This document shows positions 46,286 through 60,201 of a stretch of DNA of 64,000 bases, one piece after another (position 1 is the stretch's first letter; the number at the start of each line of letters is the position of its first letter). The notes under the pieces are model-generated. The model saw only the letters and a list, made by a program, of their open reading frames with translations. It searched no databases and was not told where the DNA came from. The position numbers and the translations under genes are program-made. The DNA lies in NCBI GenBank assembly GCA_021613535.1, contig CP075496.1, positions 62,001 through 126,000 of the forward strand. Reading direction: 5' to 3'. The DNA is from Adineta vaga (taxonomy: Eukaryota > Animalia > Rotifera).

Positions 46286-48346
46286 TGAATCTTTTTTAAA
46301 TAATTTTTCTTATCTTCTTGTTAAATTATTTAATTTATTAAATAAATCATTATTTTTTAAAATCATATATTGATTTTTTCTTTCAAATTAATATTTAAAT
46401 ATTAATTAAATAATGAAATTGAAAGCTGCTGTAATTTGCATCAAATTTTATAAATGATATTCAACTTCATTACTATTAATAAATAATGAATAATCATCAA
46501 AAGAAAGATTTTGACTGATTTCATCTGTAAAATTCGTTTTAGCGATGAAAAAACATCTCCCCATATTGATATTAGTATTTGAATAGAGTGTTTGATTATG
46601 ATGTTGTACAAAAATATTATTATGCGTATTTTTCCAACTTTCAATTTCTGTTGTTGATGTTCTATACTACAAAGTAAAAGAATAAAATCAATTAAAATTT
46701 ATTATTAAAAATATTTACTAAAATTTCAGCATTTCCATTATTCACCATATTATTATTGTGATCAATAAACCAAGTTCCATTTGGTAAGATTATATTTTTA
46801 AAATTTTCAATACCAATTTCTGTAATATTTAATATTGTATTATTAAAATTTGAAGAAAAATTTGAAGATATTAACATTGTATTCGTCATTGAATAAAGTC
46901 GAATAATTTCAGCATTGTGAAAATTTGAAAAGGAAACATCGACATTTTTAAAAATAATAGAACATTAAAATGTATTTTCAAAATTAGAATAACGCATTGA
47001 TGTTCGTTCTATTATATTCATTGAAATAAGATTACAACGAAATTTTGAACCAAAAAAACTTGAATTATTTATTATTAAATCAGTAAAATTGATAATTTCT
47101 CCAAAAGTACAATTAATAAATGAAATACCTGTAAGATCAATAACATCATATACTAATAATTTCTTGAATGAAGAATAAACAAAATTACTGTAATACAAAG
47201 TTGAAATCAAAGAAATCAACAATATTATTAAATGTACATCCAATAAAAATTGCATTGGATAAATTAACTGATTGTAATAGAAGATTATTAAATTTATAAG
47301 ATATAATTCTTGTATTTTTAATAATAATTCCAGTTAGATCAGCTCCATTTAAAGATATTGTTTCATTCTTTAATTTTGTACGATCTGATAATAAATTATT
47401 TTCATAGAGAAATATAAATAATTGACTTTTACGTTCACTATCAATTTCTCTTAAAGTCATTATTGTTTTACGACGAATATAATTGTAATTTAACTTGTTT
47501 AGTTGGAAATAAACTTTCATTTTGTTATTGTTGTTTATAAAGAATTGTTGATATATTATATTAATATAATTAGAATAAAGATTTTCATAATGTAAATCAT
47601 TTTGTTTAATACGATCATCTTCATGTTGTTCTTCTAAAATGAATTGATCATGTTCTCTTGTTTGATTATAGTTATACGTTGATCTTGAAGACGTGTTTCA
47701 TTAGCAATATCTAATGTACCAAATGCAATTAATAAATCTGTTTTTCTTAATTCATTTGCTAATTTATAACATCTTCTAAACGATGTCTTTCAGTTATAGT
47801 TAAATTAGCTATTTGAATATCTTGTAAACGATTTTGTTCATTGATTTCTTTTTGTTGAATATATGTTACAACAGTAAAAATAGCAATTATCAATGGAATT
47901 GATGTAGATAGACTTATTTTTGTATATGAAATACAACGAGTATGTCGAGTATAATTCATTGATTTATATTTCGTTGAATTTTTGATCTTGATTGATCATA
48001 TAATCGTCGTCGGATAAACTTAGACATTTCTGTAAGAATTAATAATAATAATAATAATAATAGTTGAAAAATGAAACAAAAACTTTTCTCTTACATCACA
48101 AAATTTGATCAATGTAAAAAAATCTTTTTATGTAAAGATGATAACAAAAAAATATTGAACGATAGAAATTAAAGATTAACATTTTTATATTTACTGAACT
48201 CAAGTGTATGAAGATTAAATTACGAGCAAATTATCAAAGAGAATTATATTTAATGACGCAAATCAAATTTACGATAGATTTGAATCATCACGGGTAGAAA
48301 CAAGTTTAAAACTCTTCTTTTTATCAAAGTTTTAGTTGTTTCTGTT

Positions 48347-48400
48347 GGATGTAGGTGAGAATGTGAGCGAGATGATGCTTCTTCGTATCCACACTCACAC
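48347..48400. repeat. Degenerate telomeric cassette
   Basis: GGATGTAGGTGAGAATGTGAG..TATCCACACTCACAC. Confidence 0.45.
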
Positions 48401-49269
48401 TAGAATTGCTGAATGTGACGGCTTTGTAGATATCGTCAAAATATCTCTTTATCTTTCAACATGATTAACTTTATGCCATCTCTATTCTGGCGTCCGTTCA
48501 CTTCACCATGACGAAGCTTTTTCTGGCAGACTTCATGATAAATAATCAGTAGAAGATAACGAAAAAGCTATTAAGTGCATCTATTAGAAGTTACCTTTCC
48601 ATAAAAGTGAACGTCTCGAAAACAATTTCTAAGAAAATCAAATCGGGTCGAATGTGTTAATCATTCTATGGCTCGCATGTGTAGAAAAGTTTTGTTTATA
48701 TTGTATCAGATTAGTTTTATTCACAAAAGATAAGCTGGTTATTTAAAGAAAATGTATCAGAATAATAGAATAGCGAATATTGATGCTTTATTTTATAAAA
48801 TAACTACAAGGTATATATACGAATAAAGTGTATGATACCTATTTAAATAAATTCTTTTTCAAATAATTCATACAGTTCCTAATTTGAATGTAATCTATGA
48901 ATCTAATACAAAAAAATTCATTGTTTTCAACTGAAAAAACCCCGAATATTATTGACGAGTTACAGTTAAAAATAAAGAATAAGTGGGTAGGATTGTGTCT
49001 GGTGAATACATTTTGATATAAATTTTAATTATCTTTAATACAAAAGTAATTAGTTATTTTTCATATAGCTTCTGATAGTTATTCTGTAGTACATTATCTA
49101 TGATCATTCTCGTCTTTTTTAAGTGAACAAGAATTATAATTATTAAGATTGTAGATGACAGGTAGAAAATGAAAATGCCATAAACATTGACTAGTCATCA
49201 TAATGTTAATTATACAGATATAATATTAAAAAGACGTTTCTATGAATTCTTCGTTCATTTTGTAAAAAT

Positions 49270-50256
49270 ATGAGTTCTAATGGATTATATCTTGTTCAAC
49301 AAGCAAATTATGTAACTATCTTTGTTCAACCAATACATTTTATTCTTGCTATTATTGCTAATACTTTCAATATTTTAATACTTACGCGTCGAACTCTTCG
49401 TTCATTTCCATGTACTTATTATTTTCTTTTCTATTCAATATTTAGTATTCTTTATACATGTTTTACTTGTTCATTACAACTTTTACGTAATTATGGTATT
49501 TTTTGGACAAATACACCTGTTGGTTGTAGAATACAGACTTATATTGTACAAACGTTAACATTGGAAGCTAATTTAATGATTCTTTTAGCTGCAATTGATC
49601 GATTTTGTTCAAGTTCACATTCTGTTAAACTTCGTTCATTTAGTAATATAAAAACAACACCATGGATTATTGCGATGGGAACACTCATTTATGCTATTTA
49701 TATGGCACCAACAATAGTTATTAGTTATTGGAATAATACATGCATTCAACTTTCTAGTACATTCATTACTATATATCAATTGAGTCAAGTTGTTGTTTAT
49801 TATATTATTACACTTTTTCTTATGGCATTATTTAGTTTGTTAACAATATTTAATATTAGAGGACAATTGAATCGAGTTGCACCTGTAGTTCAAAATAATC
49901 GACAACGTCGTACTGAAGGACAACTATCAAGAATGTTATTAGTTCAAGTTATTACTTATCTTTTATTTACATTACCAATTGGAGTAATTCAAATTTCTAT
50001 GACATTTGTATCAACGATGCGAACACCGTTAATTCAAGGTTTGCGTATGATATTTACAATGTGGCAACAATGTATATTCTTTTTAACATTCTTTCTTTTT
50101 ATTATTTCTGGTAGTATCTATCGACAAGAAATGATTCGATTATTTAAACGAATATATAAACGTCAAGAATTACCTCAATTACATACAGTTGCTACTCATC
50201 ATTTACTTGATGTTCATAATACTAAACATATAATAACAAGTATAAAAATAGAATAA
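49270..50256 (+). CDS. Rhodopsin-class GPCR, single exon
   Basis: 7TM, VGCRI, AAIDRF, S.IYR helix 8. Confidence 0.88.
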   Translation: MSSNGLYLVQQANYVTIFVQPIHFILAIIANTFNILILTRRTLRSFPCTYYFLFYSIFSILYTCFTCSLQLLRNYGIFWTNTPVGCRIQTYIVQTLTLEANLMILLAAIDRFCSSSHSVKLRSFSNIKTTPWIIAMGTLIYAIYMAPTIVISYWNNTCIQLSSTFITIYQLSQVVVYYIITLFLMALFSLLTIFNIRGQLNRVAPVVQNNRQRRTEGQLSRMLLVQVITYLLFTLPIGVIQISMTFVSTMRTPLIQGLRMIFTMWQQCIFFLTFFLFIISGSIYRQEMIRLFKRIYKRQELPQLHTVATHHLLDVHNTKHIITSIKIE

Positions 50257-51512
50257 TTTATTGTAAGTTATAACACGATGGACGGTATGTATATCGTATA
50301 AAAGAATTATATATATTTGTCTTTTTGAAAAAATTCTTATCGAAATAAATTAATAAATGTTATCTTATTTCAATTATTATGATAATAATTTGCGTGAAAT
50401 GAATCACATACATTGCAAAAGACAGGCGGAAAGTGAGTTTCTTTAAACTTTAGGTGAATAATTAATTTGAAGTATAATCTTATAATATTGAATCCTTCGA
50501 TGTTTTTCTCTCAAAAAATATCTAATATAAATTTCTGCACTATTTTTACCTTTTCTCTGATCTAATCCTCTCGTTATTGAATGAATAAATTCAATCTCTT
50601 ATTTACGTCATCATCATTGAAATATGATGTATATATGAAAATACTTCCTATTCCCTAAAGTTACACATTTCTGCATTGCCTTCCCCATCTGGAATAGCTT
50701 CCCATCAATTCCAGAATAGCCAAAATGGACGTTACTTATATGTGTATGATCACATAGACTTTCCGATTGTATTCTTGAAATATATAATGAATTTAAAATT
50801 ATACAAATTATTCTACTAGTATAGTTGATGATTAAAATCAATAATCATAATACGAGAGAGAAAAGTTGTTAGCAATTGACCAATACTAACAAATGATAAC
50901 TTATTATAAATGAATGAAATATATAAGAATTTTTCTCGATATATCTACGAACACTAAGAAAAACAATTAGATTTAAATTATTATCTGATTAAATCAACAA
51001 AAACAAGAATATGAATATGAAAATAGATTTTTATTTTTCTCGAAATATTTATTAATGATAAATTACTCGATGAAGACATTTTGTATCAATAAATTATATC
51101 TATTCACTCTTTTTTTTCTTAGTCAAATAATTATATAAACTATTCTTATGATTTATCTTATAAAAACGAATTTTCTTAAATATTCCTTTTTTTTTTTAAC
51201 TAAAATCTTTTTCTTTATTACTAAATCAATAAAATATTTTATTTTATTTCAAATACTACGAAATATACTATTGATGGATTGACAACAATAATTATAATAT
51301 TGAATCATTTTCTTCTTCTTCTTCTTCGTTATTTAATTGATTTTTCAATGATAATTTTGATTTATATTCTAAATATAAATAATGTAAGTTTCAATGATTC
51401 ATAGAAATAAATGAAATATCATTATTTTATTTATTTTGGTAGACTCCATTTACGATTGATATTATTATCTTTGAAATCAATTTGATTATCGATTAATAAG
51501 CTAAATAATATA

Positions 51513-51833
51513 ATGTATAATAAAACTTTGATATTTATCTTTTTCTTATTTTTCTATTAATTTATCAATAAAAATAAGTGAAATATATTCATATATATAT
51601 TGATTGTATTATGTCATTTTTTGTTCTGTAGGAACAACAGATCAAGAAGAAAGTCCACTTGAAGGTTATTTTTGTGGATGTAGTTTCAATCATCGTAATT
51701 GTCCATCAACATCATCAGATATGATAGATATTTGTATTGTTCGATGCACTAATGATAGTAATTGTCCTGACACTCAAAAATGTTGTGATGGATGCCCTCG
51801 ATAATGTACGAATCCTGATCTTTTGAACGATTG
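51513..51833 (+). pseudogene. WAP (four-disulfide core) domain pseudogene
   Basis: CP..ICIVRCTNDSNCPDTQKCCDGCPR*CTNP: a stop precedes the last Cys; the upstream signal-like exon is frameshifted. Confidence 0.7.
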
Positions 51834-51927
51834 ACTTGATGTTATTACGAATAAAATTATAAAGTATAGAATTGAATTTGATTCATTTATAATAAAATTA
51901 AGAAAAAAAATATAATTAGTGTTGAAA

Positions 51928-52000
51928 TGCTCCTGGATAGATTCGAACCATCAATCGTCCGGTTAGGATTCGGATGCGTTAACCATTACGCCTCAAGAGC
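51928..52000 (-). tRNA. tRNA-Arg(CCT), slightly atypical
   Basis: 73 nt; acceptor GCTCTTG/CAGGAGC, D arm GCGT/ACGC, loop AT-CCT-AA, T arm GATGG-TTCGAAT-CTATC. Confidence 0.85.
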
Positions 52001-52077
52001 ACAACTAGCAATAACATTGTCATAGTTCACTTCTTTTTTCCTATGAAGGTATGCGATAGGCTGAGTATAAGTGTATT

Positions 52078-52138
52078 GAGGATGTGGGTATTGTTATCAG
52101 AATGGATAAAACTCTCATCTTCACCCACACCCACACCC
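52078..52138. repeat. Head-to-head telomeric-repeat cassette
   Basis: GAGGATGTGGGT, spacer, CACCCACACCCACACCC. Confidence 0.7.
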
Positions 52139-53706
52139 AAAAAGAAAACTGTTGAATCTTAATCTTATTAGTGAAAAATAAACAATACTGACTATTCGTA
52201 ACGCGATGATGATATAAATAGGATAGTATTGGTGAAGCTCGCCTATCAGAACAATAATGAATAAAAAACTAAATAGTTTTCCAAAACATGTACCTATTAT
52301 GACAGTCTTCAACTATCTTAATCAACGTATTATATATCGAGCTGTTCGAGGACAATGATTGAATTTTTTATAAGGTATTAATGATCCCAATGATTTTATT
52401 TATGAAACAAGATTTACAACAGAGATTAAGCAAGCAAAATATGGTTCTATACACTTTTAACTATGCTCTATAAAATAGCAATGAGAACTCCTCTAAGTAA
52501 AGAGTTTGATATCACATCACCAGAGGTGACGCGTTACGCGTTTAAGCCGATATATATATATATATCTGTTCTCAGATCATATTGTAGCTATTTGCATTTC
52601 TTATAGAACAATTCTTTCTTTCTTTCTTTTCTCTTTTTATGTTCTTTATTATTATATATGCAGATAACTAATGTCTTTCATTTTCATTGTGTTCTAACTT
52701 TGTAAGAAAAGAAAAAAATATGACATAAATTATGTATCTATCAACTAAAAATACAACTGATGTAATCTGTGACAAGATTATTGAATAACTGTTGAAGAAT
52801 TATTGATATTTCATTGAATATCTCAATAATAATTTCTCACTATCTTCTTCTAATAACATATAAAATATTGAAGAATTTTCATTGTTTCTATTTTCGAGAT
52901 AAGCATAATGATTGTAACGAAATTTAGATGGAGGTGTGTCGTTACTACTGCATATTGTATATTTATTGTTAATCATCAATGAGAAGCTGGACGAGTAGCG
53001 TTGCTGCTATCCTCCATGTACAACATAGAGTAAAAGGAAAGAAAGATGTGTGACGATTGAATAGCTACTATCGAACAATCGATCATGATCCGAATGGTAC
53101 ATGGTTATTGGACACTCATATTATTGACTGATATTCTACAACTGTATACAAGACCTAAACGCGGTTATTTAATTGTAGAAAAAAGAACGGCAGAAATATT
53201 TGAAATGAATTTTTCTTGATAAATTCTGTACGAAAATTGAATCATTAAACCTATTAAACATATTAAGTTAAATTATAAATTTTTAGTATCTGAGAAAAAT
53301 AAATATTTCATTTTTTATTTCTACAAATTTGATGACTGACGTGATCAATTTTAGAAATGAAGATAAAATTCTAGATATGGAAATTCTATTATTATAATTT
53401 CATTCATATAGATTAGAATGACTCATCGTCGGAAAAAAAATAAAAGTCAACAGACGAAAGAACATAAGGAAAAAAACTCACGAAGATAAAAGAAAACAAA
53501 ATCATATATATTCAAGAACATCTACTGTTTTTTTTTGCTGCATATAGTGAGGAATAATACATTCTTGCTCGAAAACAAAGTAAAATTTATATTGTAGATC
53601 TTATGTATATATAGAAAAATTTTTATTTCCAAAATAATATTTATTCTGTTACATATCGTCGAACTTCTCGTCTGATTTAATTTATTTGTATTAGTCAATA
53701 GAAATT

Positions 53707-56068
53707 ATGGTTGTAACATCATCAGTAAACAGAGACAATAATAATTTGGAAACGTTTTCTCTCGTATGGCTCGACACTTCAATAGAAGACTTAAAAGAAA
53801 ATGTTGATATTCAACTCCAACTTCGAGAATCAATTAATCAACTAAAAATATTGAACGGCGATACTCATGAATGCGAAAAATATATTGATTCAATTTCGGA
53901 ACAAGATCGTCTAGTTCTCATTGTTAATGATCGGTTCGGACGAGAAATAATTCCAAATATTCATACATTTAGGAAAATATCTGCTATTTATATCTATGAT
54001 AATGATAAAACCATTGACAAATCTTGGATAAAACAATTCAAAAAAGTAAGAAAAATATCTTCAAAACAAATTTTTTTCGATAAAAATTCTTCTAAACTAT
54101 TCAAAGATTTGAGAAATAGATGTTTTATATTATATCCTCTCTCTTATTTAATTCTAAACCTTTATCATTTCATGAAACTGAAAAGATTACGTGAGATAAT
54201 TTTAAGTCCAAATTGTTGAATTTTATTGCGTGAGAAATCTTATGATTGTCATTCTCACTTTCTATGAAGAAAACAAAATATTTTAAGAATACATTATCTT
54301 TCGATTTTGATTGTTAATTTTCTATATACTGAAAATTATCTTAAATTTTAACTCTATCAGAGAAAATTAGAATTAAGAAAGATAAGTTTTATTTCTATAG
54401 GTTAAAGGAATATTCGCAGAGTCAGACGAACTTATCAATAAAATTCGATTGGATCAAGAAAGTTGTCAACGGAATAAAGTGAATGAACCACTTACAGTTA
54501 ATATTTTGAATATGAATACAAACGAAGGTCTATCGACAAGTGGAATCAACGGACAATTTATTAATTCACAATTATTAATTGATTGTATTTTACGAATGAA
54601 ATTTAATTCAACTGATAAAGATAAATTAATTTCTCTTTGTAAACAACAATATGAAAATAATACTACTGTATTGAATTCTATTGATGAATTTGAACATAAT
54701 TATTTATCTGATCATGCTTTATCGTGGTATACAAGAGATACGTTTCTTTATCGAATGTTAAACAAAGCTCTTCGAGTACAAAATATTGAATGTTTATTTC
54801 TTTTTCGTTTCTTCATTCAAAATATTCAGCAGCAACTAGAACAAAATCAATATACATCAACAGTTCGTCTTTATCGTGGACAACGTATGTCAAATGATGA
54901 ATTATGTTTGATACGAAACGCTATTGGATAATTCATTTCTATAAATTCGTTTTTCTCGTCAAGTCTAAGTCGTAACTTAGCTCTTCTATATATTAGTAAC
55001 GGTGAAGTATTAGAAAATAATATTCAACGAGTCTTGTTCGAAATCGATGCTGATCCTCAACTTCATGATGTTAAACCCTTTGCTGATATCAATTCGTATA
55101 GTGCATTTCCAGACGAGGAAGAAGTACTTCTTATGTTGGGATCAATTTTTCGATTAGAAAATATTTCTATGAACGAGGAAGGAATTTGGATTATTCAAAT
55201 GACATTGTGTTCAGATAATGATAATCAACTGAAGCCAATATTTGATAATTTGAAAAAACAATATGGAGATGGAGAAACTGGTCTATTAGCATTTGGTAAT
55301 AGATTACACGACATGGGAAAGTTTGATGATGCCGACAAATATTATCATCGATTATTGAATGAACTTTCACCTGATGATCATCAAAATATTGCTACTTGTT
55401 ATCATGTATTAGGAATTGTGGCATTCGATCGTGGTGACTATGAGTTGAGTCTCGAATGGTATCATAAATCTCTAGAACTTAAAATAAGAACTTTTGGATT
55501 AAATGATCGTCTTGTTGGAAATAGTCATAATAGTATTGGAAATGTTCATCTGAGAAAAGGAGATTATGAGAAAGCACTAGAATCTTATCAAAGTGCACTA
55601 ATGATTTTTAGTCGAGTGTTCGGTGAGGATAGTCAACATGTTGCTACATGCTTTAATAATATGGGACATGTTTATATAGAACAGAAAGAATATCAAAAGG
55701 CTCTCGATTGTTATCAAAAAGATTTCAACATTTGTCAAAAACATCTACCCAATGATCATCATTATTTAGGTGAATCACACAACAATATTGGTGATGTTTA
55801 TGAACGTCTTGGTCAATATGATGTTGCTGTAGAACATTTTGATTTATCACTTGAAATTTATCAAAAATCACTTTCCACTCAACATCCCAATATTGATATA
55901 ACATTGGCGAATAAAGGTCTTGTTTATGAAAGGAAAAAAGAATGGCAAAATGCATTAATGTACCTTGAACAAGCCATTGCTATTCTTCGTACTTCACTAC
56001 CTACTACTCATCCAATGATAACAAGTGTAGAACAAGATATTCAACGTGTATCTACACAATTCTCATAA
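53707..56068 (+). pseudogene. ADP-ribosyltransferase-TPR gene (intron 54046-54400) with one in-frame stop
   Basis: WYT..YRMLNKALR, LYRGQ, FFSSS, EEEVLL, then TPR repeats; TAA at 54929-54931 lies between two same-frame ORFs. Confidence 0.85.
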
Positions 56069-56373
56069 TTATTTAAATCTATCCAATGCAATAGATTTGG
56101 ATTGTAGCAACTAAAACGATAAATTAAAATTTTAATTATGTCATTTTCTTACTTATTCTATTATAAATATAACACAAACTTCATGAAATAGTTGTGAATT
56201 TTCAACTGTTTTTTCAATAGAGAATATCTTTTAATGTCAAGATTCAAATTATATGTCACTCGGAAGACAAATCATCTATTTGCTTTAAAAGTGGTTGTAC
56301 TAGATACAGATTTTAATTCTTTCTTGAAAAATTTTATTTTCGAAGAAAAACATTAGAAGAATATCAAATCAAT

Positions 56374-56395
56374 ACACCCACACCCACCCACACCC
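56374..56395 (-). repeat. Interstitial telomeric tract (C arm only)
   Basis: ACACCCACACCCACCCACACCC. Confidence 0.7.
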
Positions 56396-57158
56396 AAAAC
56401 GAATTGTTTCTTCCTGTTCGATCTGTAAAACCAGTAATTTAGACCAATTGAGTAAGCGTTTAAAACAAGATAACTACATGCATTAAGAACTTTTTTAAAA
56501 ATTTAAATAAATACATCATCTTCCAAGATATTAGTGTTAACCTATGAAAATATACCATATGAATGTGGGTATACATCTTCTTAGTTTTCGCCTCCAATCA
56601 TATTCATATCCATATTCCACATCCTCATCTTCGCAATACACACGACAGATACTAAAAACAAAGAAGAAAGCATTTTTTTGTTACATTCTCTTGTGTATTA
56701 ATACGTAAATCGTTATCTTACATTATTTGTATTTTCGTAACGACGGCAATGATAACAAAGATCATTAAGATAAATTTTTTCAATCGAACGTGGAGAAAAA
56801 TATATTAATGATAAGTGATGACATATACAATACAAAATAAGATCTAAAAAGAGTTGATTTCTAATTAAATCTACGAGATATAGATATTTTGTATCTCATC
56901 AATATTTTATCTTATCAAACATTGTGTAAATAATACGATGATAATGATTTCATTCATTTGTCAATGAATAAGAGAAGAACAAATATACATATTTGAATTC
57001 CATTACATTGTCAGAAGAGATTACATGATGAATAGTTTATATTTTTTTCAACTTTTACTTCTAAATCAATTGTATAAATTTGTAAAAACAAAAAAAAAAG
57101 AAATTTTGCTTGTTTAATTTATAATAAAGTGAAAAACGAAAAACAAAAACCGATTGAA

Positions 57159-57609
57159 TCAAGCACATCTATAAACTTCCTTTCCAACAGCTTTTCCACA
57201 ACCACCTGCATCAGATTTATAAACTGTTTTTGAACCTGATATTGTTTTTCCACAGCCTAAAGAAAAAAAAAACTCATCATCTATAAACAAACATCAAATA
57301 TTCTTTTCTTATAACCTGTTGCAGCGTAATTTTTAACCATATCTCTACAAGCATTTTCACAATTAGCCATAGCCGGATCATTACATGAACAAAACATACA
57401 ACTTGAAATTTTCCATGTATGAAATGGAAAATGAACTGTATCAGATACAGCTTTACATTCACATCTTATATTAAATTTAAAAAAAAAATAATGAAATTTT
57501 CTTAAAATAACAAATGAAATTAATTTTACTTTCGTCGTATTCCACCAAGAAAACCTTGAGTTTGAATAAAAATAGCGAAAAGAATAGTTATTAATACGAT
57601 ATATTTCAT
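57159..57609 (-). CDS. Small secreted 10-Cys protein, 108 aa, 3 exons (57609-57530, 57464-57316, 57256-57159)
   Basis: GT-AG introns of 65 and 59 nt give MKYIVLITILFAIFIQTQGFLGGIRRKCECKAVSDTVHFPFHTWKISSCMFCSCNDPAMANCENACRDMVKNYAATGCGKTISGSKTVYKSDAGGCGKAVGKEVYRCA. Confidence 0.85.
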
Positions 57610-58007
57610 CTTAGTACGTTTTTATTTTACAATGATATATGTATAGATTCTATTTAGAGACAAAGATATTTATACAAAAGAATAACGATATTCTTATCTT
57701 TCTTATACACATTTATTCAAACATGACAAGTACTCGATCAGAATGATAACATATTCTTTTGCATTTCTATATACAAATCGACAAATGTTTAATAGCATAT
57801 CTTTCTTTTTCTTCTTCATTTTATCAGTTCTATCGTTAATAGACAAAAATAAACTCTTTATATTTATTCCTATTTGTTATTATTTTTCTTTTCATTAAAT
57901 GAGATTTATCTCTTTAGATATTTCACATCTTTTATATCTTTATTTACTTCATCTAAACATAATTCAATCGTTTACACAATCACTAACATAAAGATTTTCT
58001 TCAACAT

Positions 58008-58240
58008 TTAAATGATAAACATGTGGGAACATTCAACTGATTTGAGTTATTTCCAGATTCATATCCATCAATAACAATTTCACTTTTTTTTACATTCTTC
58101 ATATTATAGGACACTACTTGATGATTTCCAAAATCTGTTACATAAATTGATTAATAATCATCATCAACAAATAAATACATAGGTCCACTAAGTTGATTGA
58201 ATCGATATCCTTTTCCATTTTCTTCAGCAACAATTATTCA
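58008..58240 (-). pseudogene. NHL-repeat fragment
   Basis: IVAEENGKGYRFNQLSGPMYLFVD..IYVTDFGNHQV and EIVIDGYESGNNSNQLNVPTCLSF, with stops. Confidence 0.7.
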
Positions 58241-58780
58241 ATTTTATTTTCATTGGATTTCGTTCTATGTAAAAATATTTAATTAACATTTTATAATGAA
58301 ATATATAACAATAGAATTAATTGTAAAATAACAATATATATAATTCATTTTCTTTTCTCGTTTAAATAGAATATTTTTAAAGAGTAATATATGATCAATC
58401 GAAAAAACAACCGCACCTTTCTCAATTTTACAAACATCATGAAAGAAATAAGAAAAAAAACATTTTTTTAACTTTTTATTTGTATAAAAACAAACAAAAG
58501 TTGTTGAGAAAAGATTTTTTTCACTTTGAATCAATAATAATGATAGATTTATTCTTTAAATGAAAAGAGAATTTGTCGATAAAACAAATATTTACCAAGG
58601 AAGAAGAAAAAATGAGTCATTTTTATATTGTTTCATATGACGTAAAGAAAAAAAAAGAAAATTTATGATCGTATTCGAAGCAACACCATTTTGCCAGATA
58701 AGCAATCTTCTTTTCCTATTAATCGAATATTTGTTATTATATTTCAGTACTTTCATTGTATTTTATATTGAAAATTGTTG

Positions 58781-59497
58781 ATGACAAGTGAATTGAAAGA
58801 ATGTCGTATATGTTATGAAGATAAGACGTTCGATGATCTTATAAATCCGTGTTTATGTGATGGTGCTTTGGCTTTTGTTCATCGAAAATGTTTAAATGAA
58901 TGGCGATTACAAAATATAAACGAAAATAATTTAAAATTTTGTGAAATATGTCATTTCAAATATATTATTGAAACTGTTGTTAATGATTCAAAAGTGAAAA
59001 GAATTCAACTTTTCAAATATTATTTTTTCTTTATTTTTTATTTTATAATATATTTTATGTTAATTCAATATATTATTTTCATCTTAGCGATAATATTGAA
59101 AACTATCGATACGGATTGTGGAAAGATTAAAAATCTATTTTCAACATCAATCGATGGTTTTTTTATTTATTATTTAAATGCATTTATTCTATTATTACCT
59201 ATAACTTCTATTATTGCTTCATTTATATTCTTCTCTCAAACCAATAATCATAATAATAACAATCAAAGAGTTTTACAAAATAGTACAATAATTGATCTAG
59301 TCATTGTTATTATTATTTGGATATTAGTTGGTTTGATTTTGGTATTATTCAGTAGTGTAATCATATTGAAGAAAATAATGAATTTTCATGTTGATAAATT
59401 ATCATTACGACAAGAAAAGAATATATATCAGATAAAAGATTTTCAAAAGAGAAGAAATGAATTAGTAAAATATAAAAAATCTTTTTTATATTTATAA
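58781..59497 (+). CDS. RING-CH (MARCH-like) membrane E3 ubiquitin ligase
   Basis: CRIC..PCLCDG..VHRKCL..W..CEIC plus three hydrophobic segments. Confidence 0.85.
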   Translation: MTSELKECRICYEDKTFDDLINPCLCDGALAFVHRKCLNEWRLQNINENNLKFCEICHFKYIIETVVNDSKVKRIQLFKYYFFFIFYFIIYFMLIQYIIFILAIILKTIDTDCGKIKNLFSTSIDGFFIYYLNAFILLLPITSIIASFIFFSQTNNHNNNNQRVLQNSTIIDLVIVIIIWILVGLILVLFSSVIILKKIMNFHVDKLSLRQEKNIYQIKDFQKRRNELVKYKKSFLYL

Positions 59498-60144
59498 AAT
59501 TGTTGATAAATGAAAATAAACTTTTTCATATTTTCTTATATTTTAATCGACTATTATTATACTGGAGATTTCTTTTAAATCAAAACATTATCTATATGTA
59601 TTCAAATTTTGTCGAACTGATTCCGGAATATGCAACATCGCGGAATAGGATGACTGCTCGAAAATATCCACAAAAATTGACGATAATTTATTTCTGTTCG
59701 ATAAAGACAATTTATAGTTAAAATAAATAAGAAAAGATAATATTTTTTATTGAAATTTAAAAGTTTGAAAAAACGAAACACTCTGCATAATAGGTTTTTA
59801 AGCATAAAAACGAAAAAAAATCGACTAAGGAAAAATGACAAATAAACAAAGTAAACGGAAAAGAAAAAGAAAGATCAAAGGGAGGATCTAAATGGAAAAA
59901 CAATGAAAAGATGGTTGAAGGGGTAGACTGTTTGAAAGGATAATCAGTGTTCAATGGATAGATGTAATAACTATTAGTGGAACATCTAATTAATCGAACT
60001 TTATATGAATAAGTGGTTTTATTAAAAGGAAACCGACCAATATTGGATAATGGTTTTGCTTTAAGTTTTAATTAATAAATAATAAATAATAATTGTGATT
60101 AACGACTATGTACTAATCGTCGTCGTAAATTGCCTGCATTTCGT

Positions 60145-60197
60145 GAGGGTAAGGGTGGGTGAGAGAGAAGAAGAGGTACCCCCCTCACGCACACCCT
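60145..60197. repeat. Head-to-head telomeric-repeat cassette
   Basis: GAGGGTAAGGGTGGGTGAG, spacer, CCCTCACGCACACCCT. Confidence 0.7.
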
Positions 60198-60201
60198 TTT
60201 T

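Larger units (their letters stand above)
43332..46449 (+). mobile_element. 5'-truncated Penelope element with inverted pLTRs
   Basis: ~200-bp inverted repeat 43332-43532 / 46249-46449, second fold-back ~43497-43603 / 43707-43813, ORF with RT thumb and GIY-YIG. Confidence 0.9.
42800..48027 (-). pseudogene. Pentapeptide-repeat membrane-protein pseudogene split by the Penelope insertion
   Basis: N-terminal TM (IPLIIAIFTVV), coiled coil, SLNGADLTG / VNLSNAIF repeats over several broken frames; 3' limit approximate. Confidence 0.6.

Noticed and set aside
54929-54931. Stop-codon readthrough or alternative genetic code
   Set aside because: TAA terminates many normal genes here; a nonsense mutation or sequencing error is simpler
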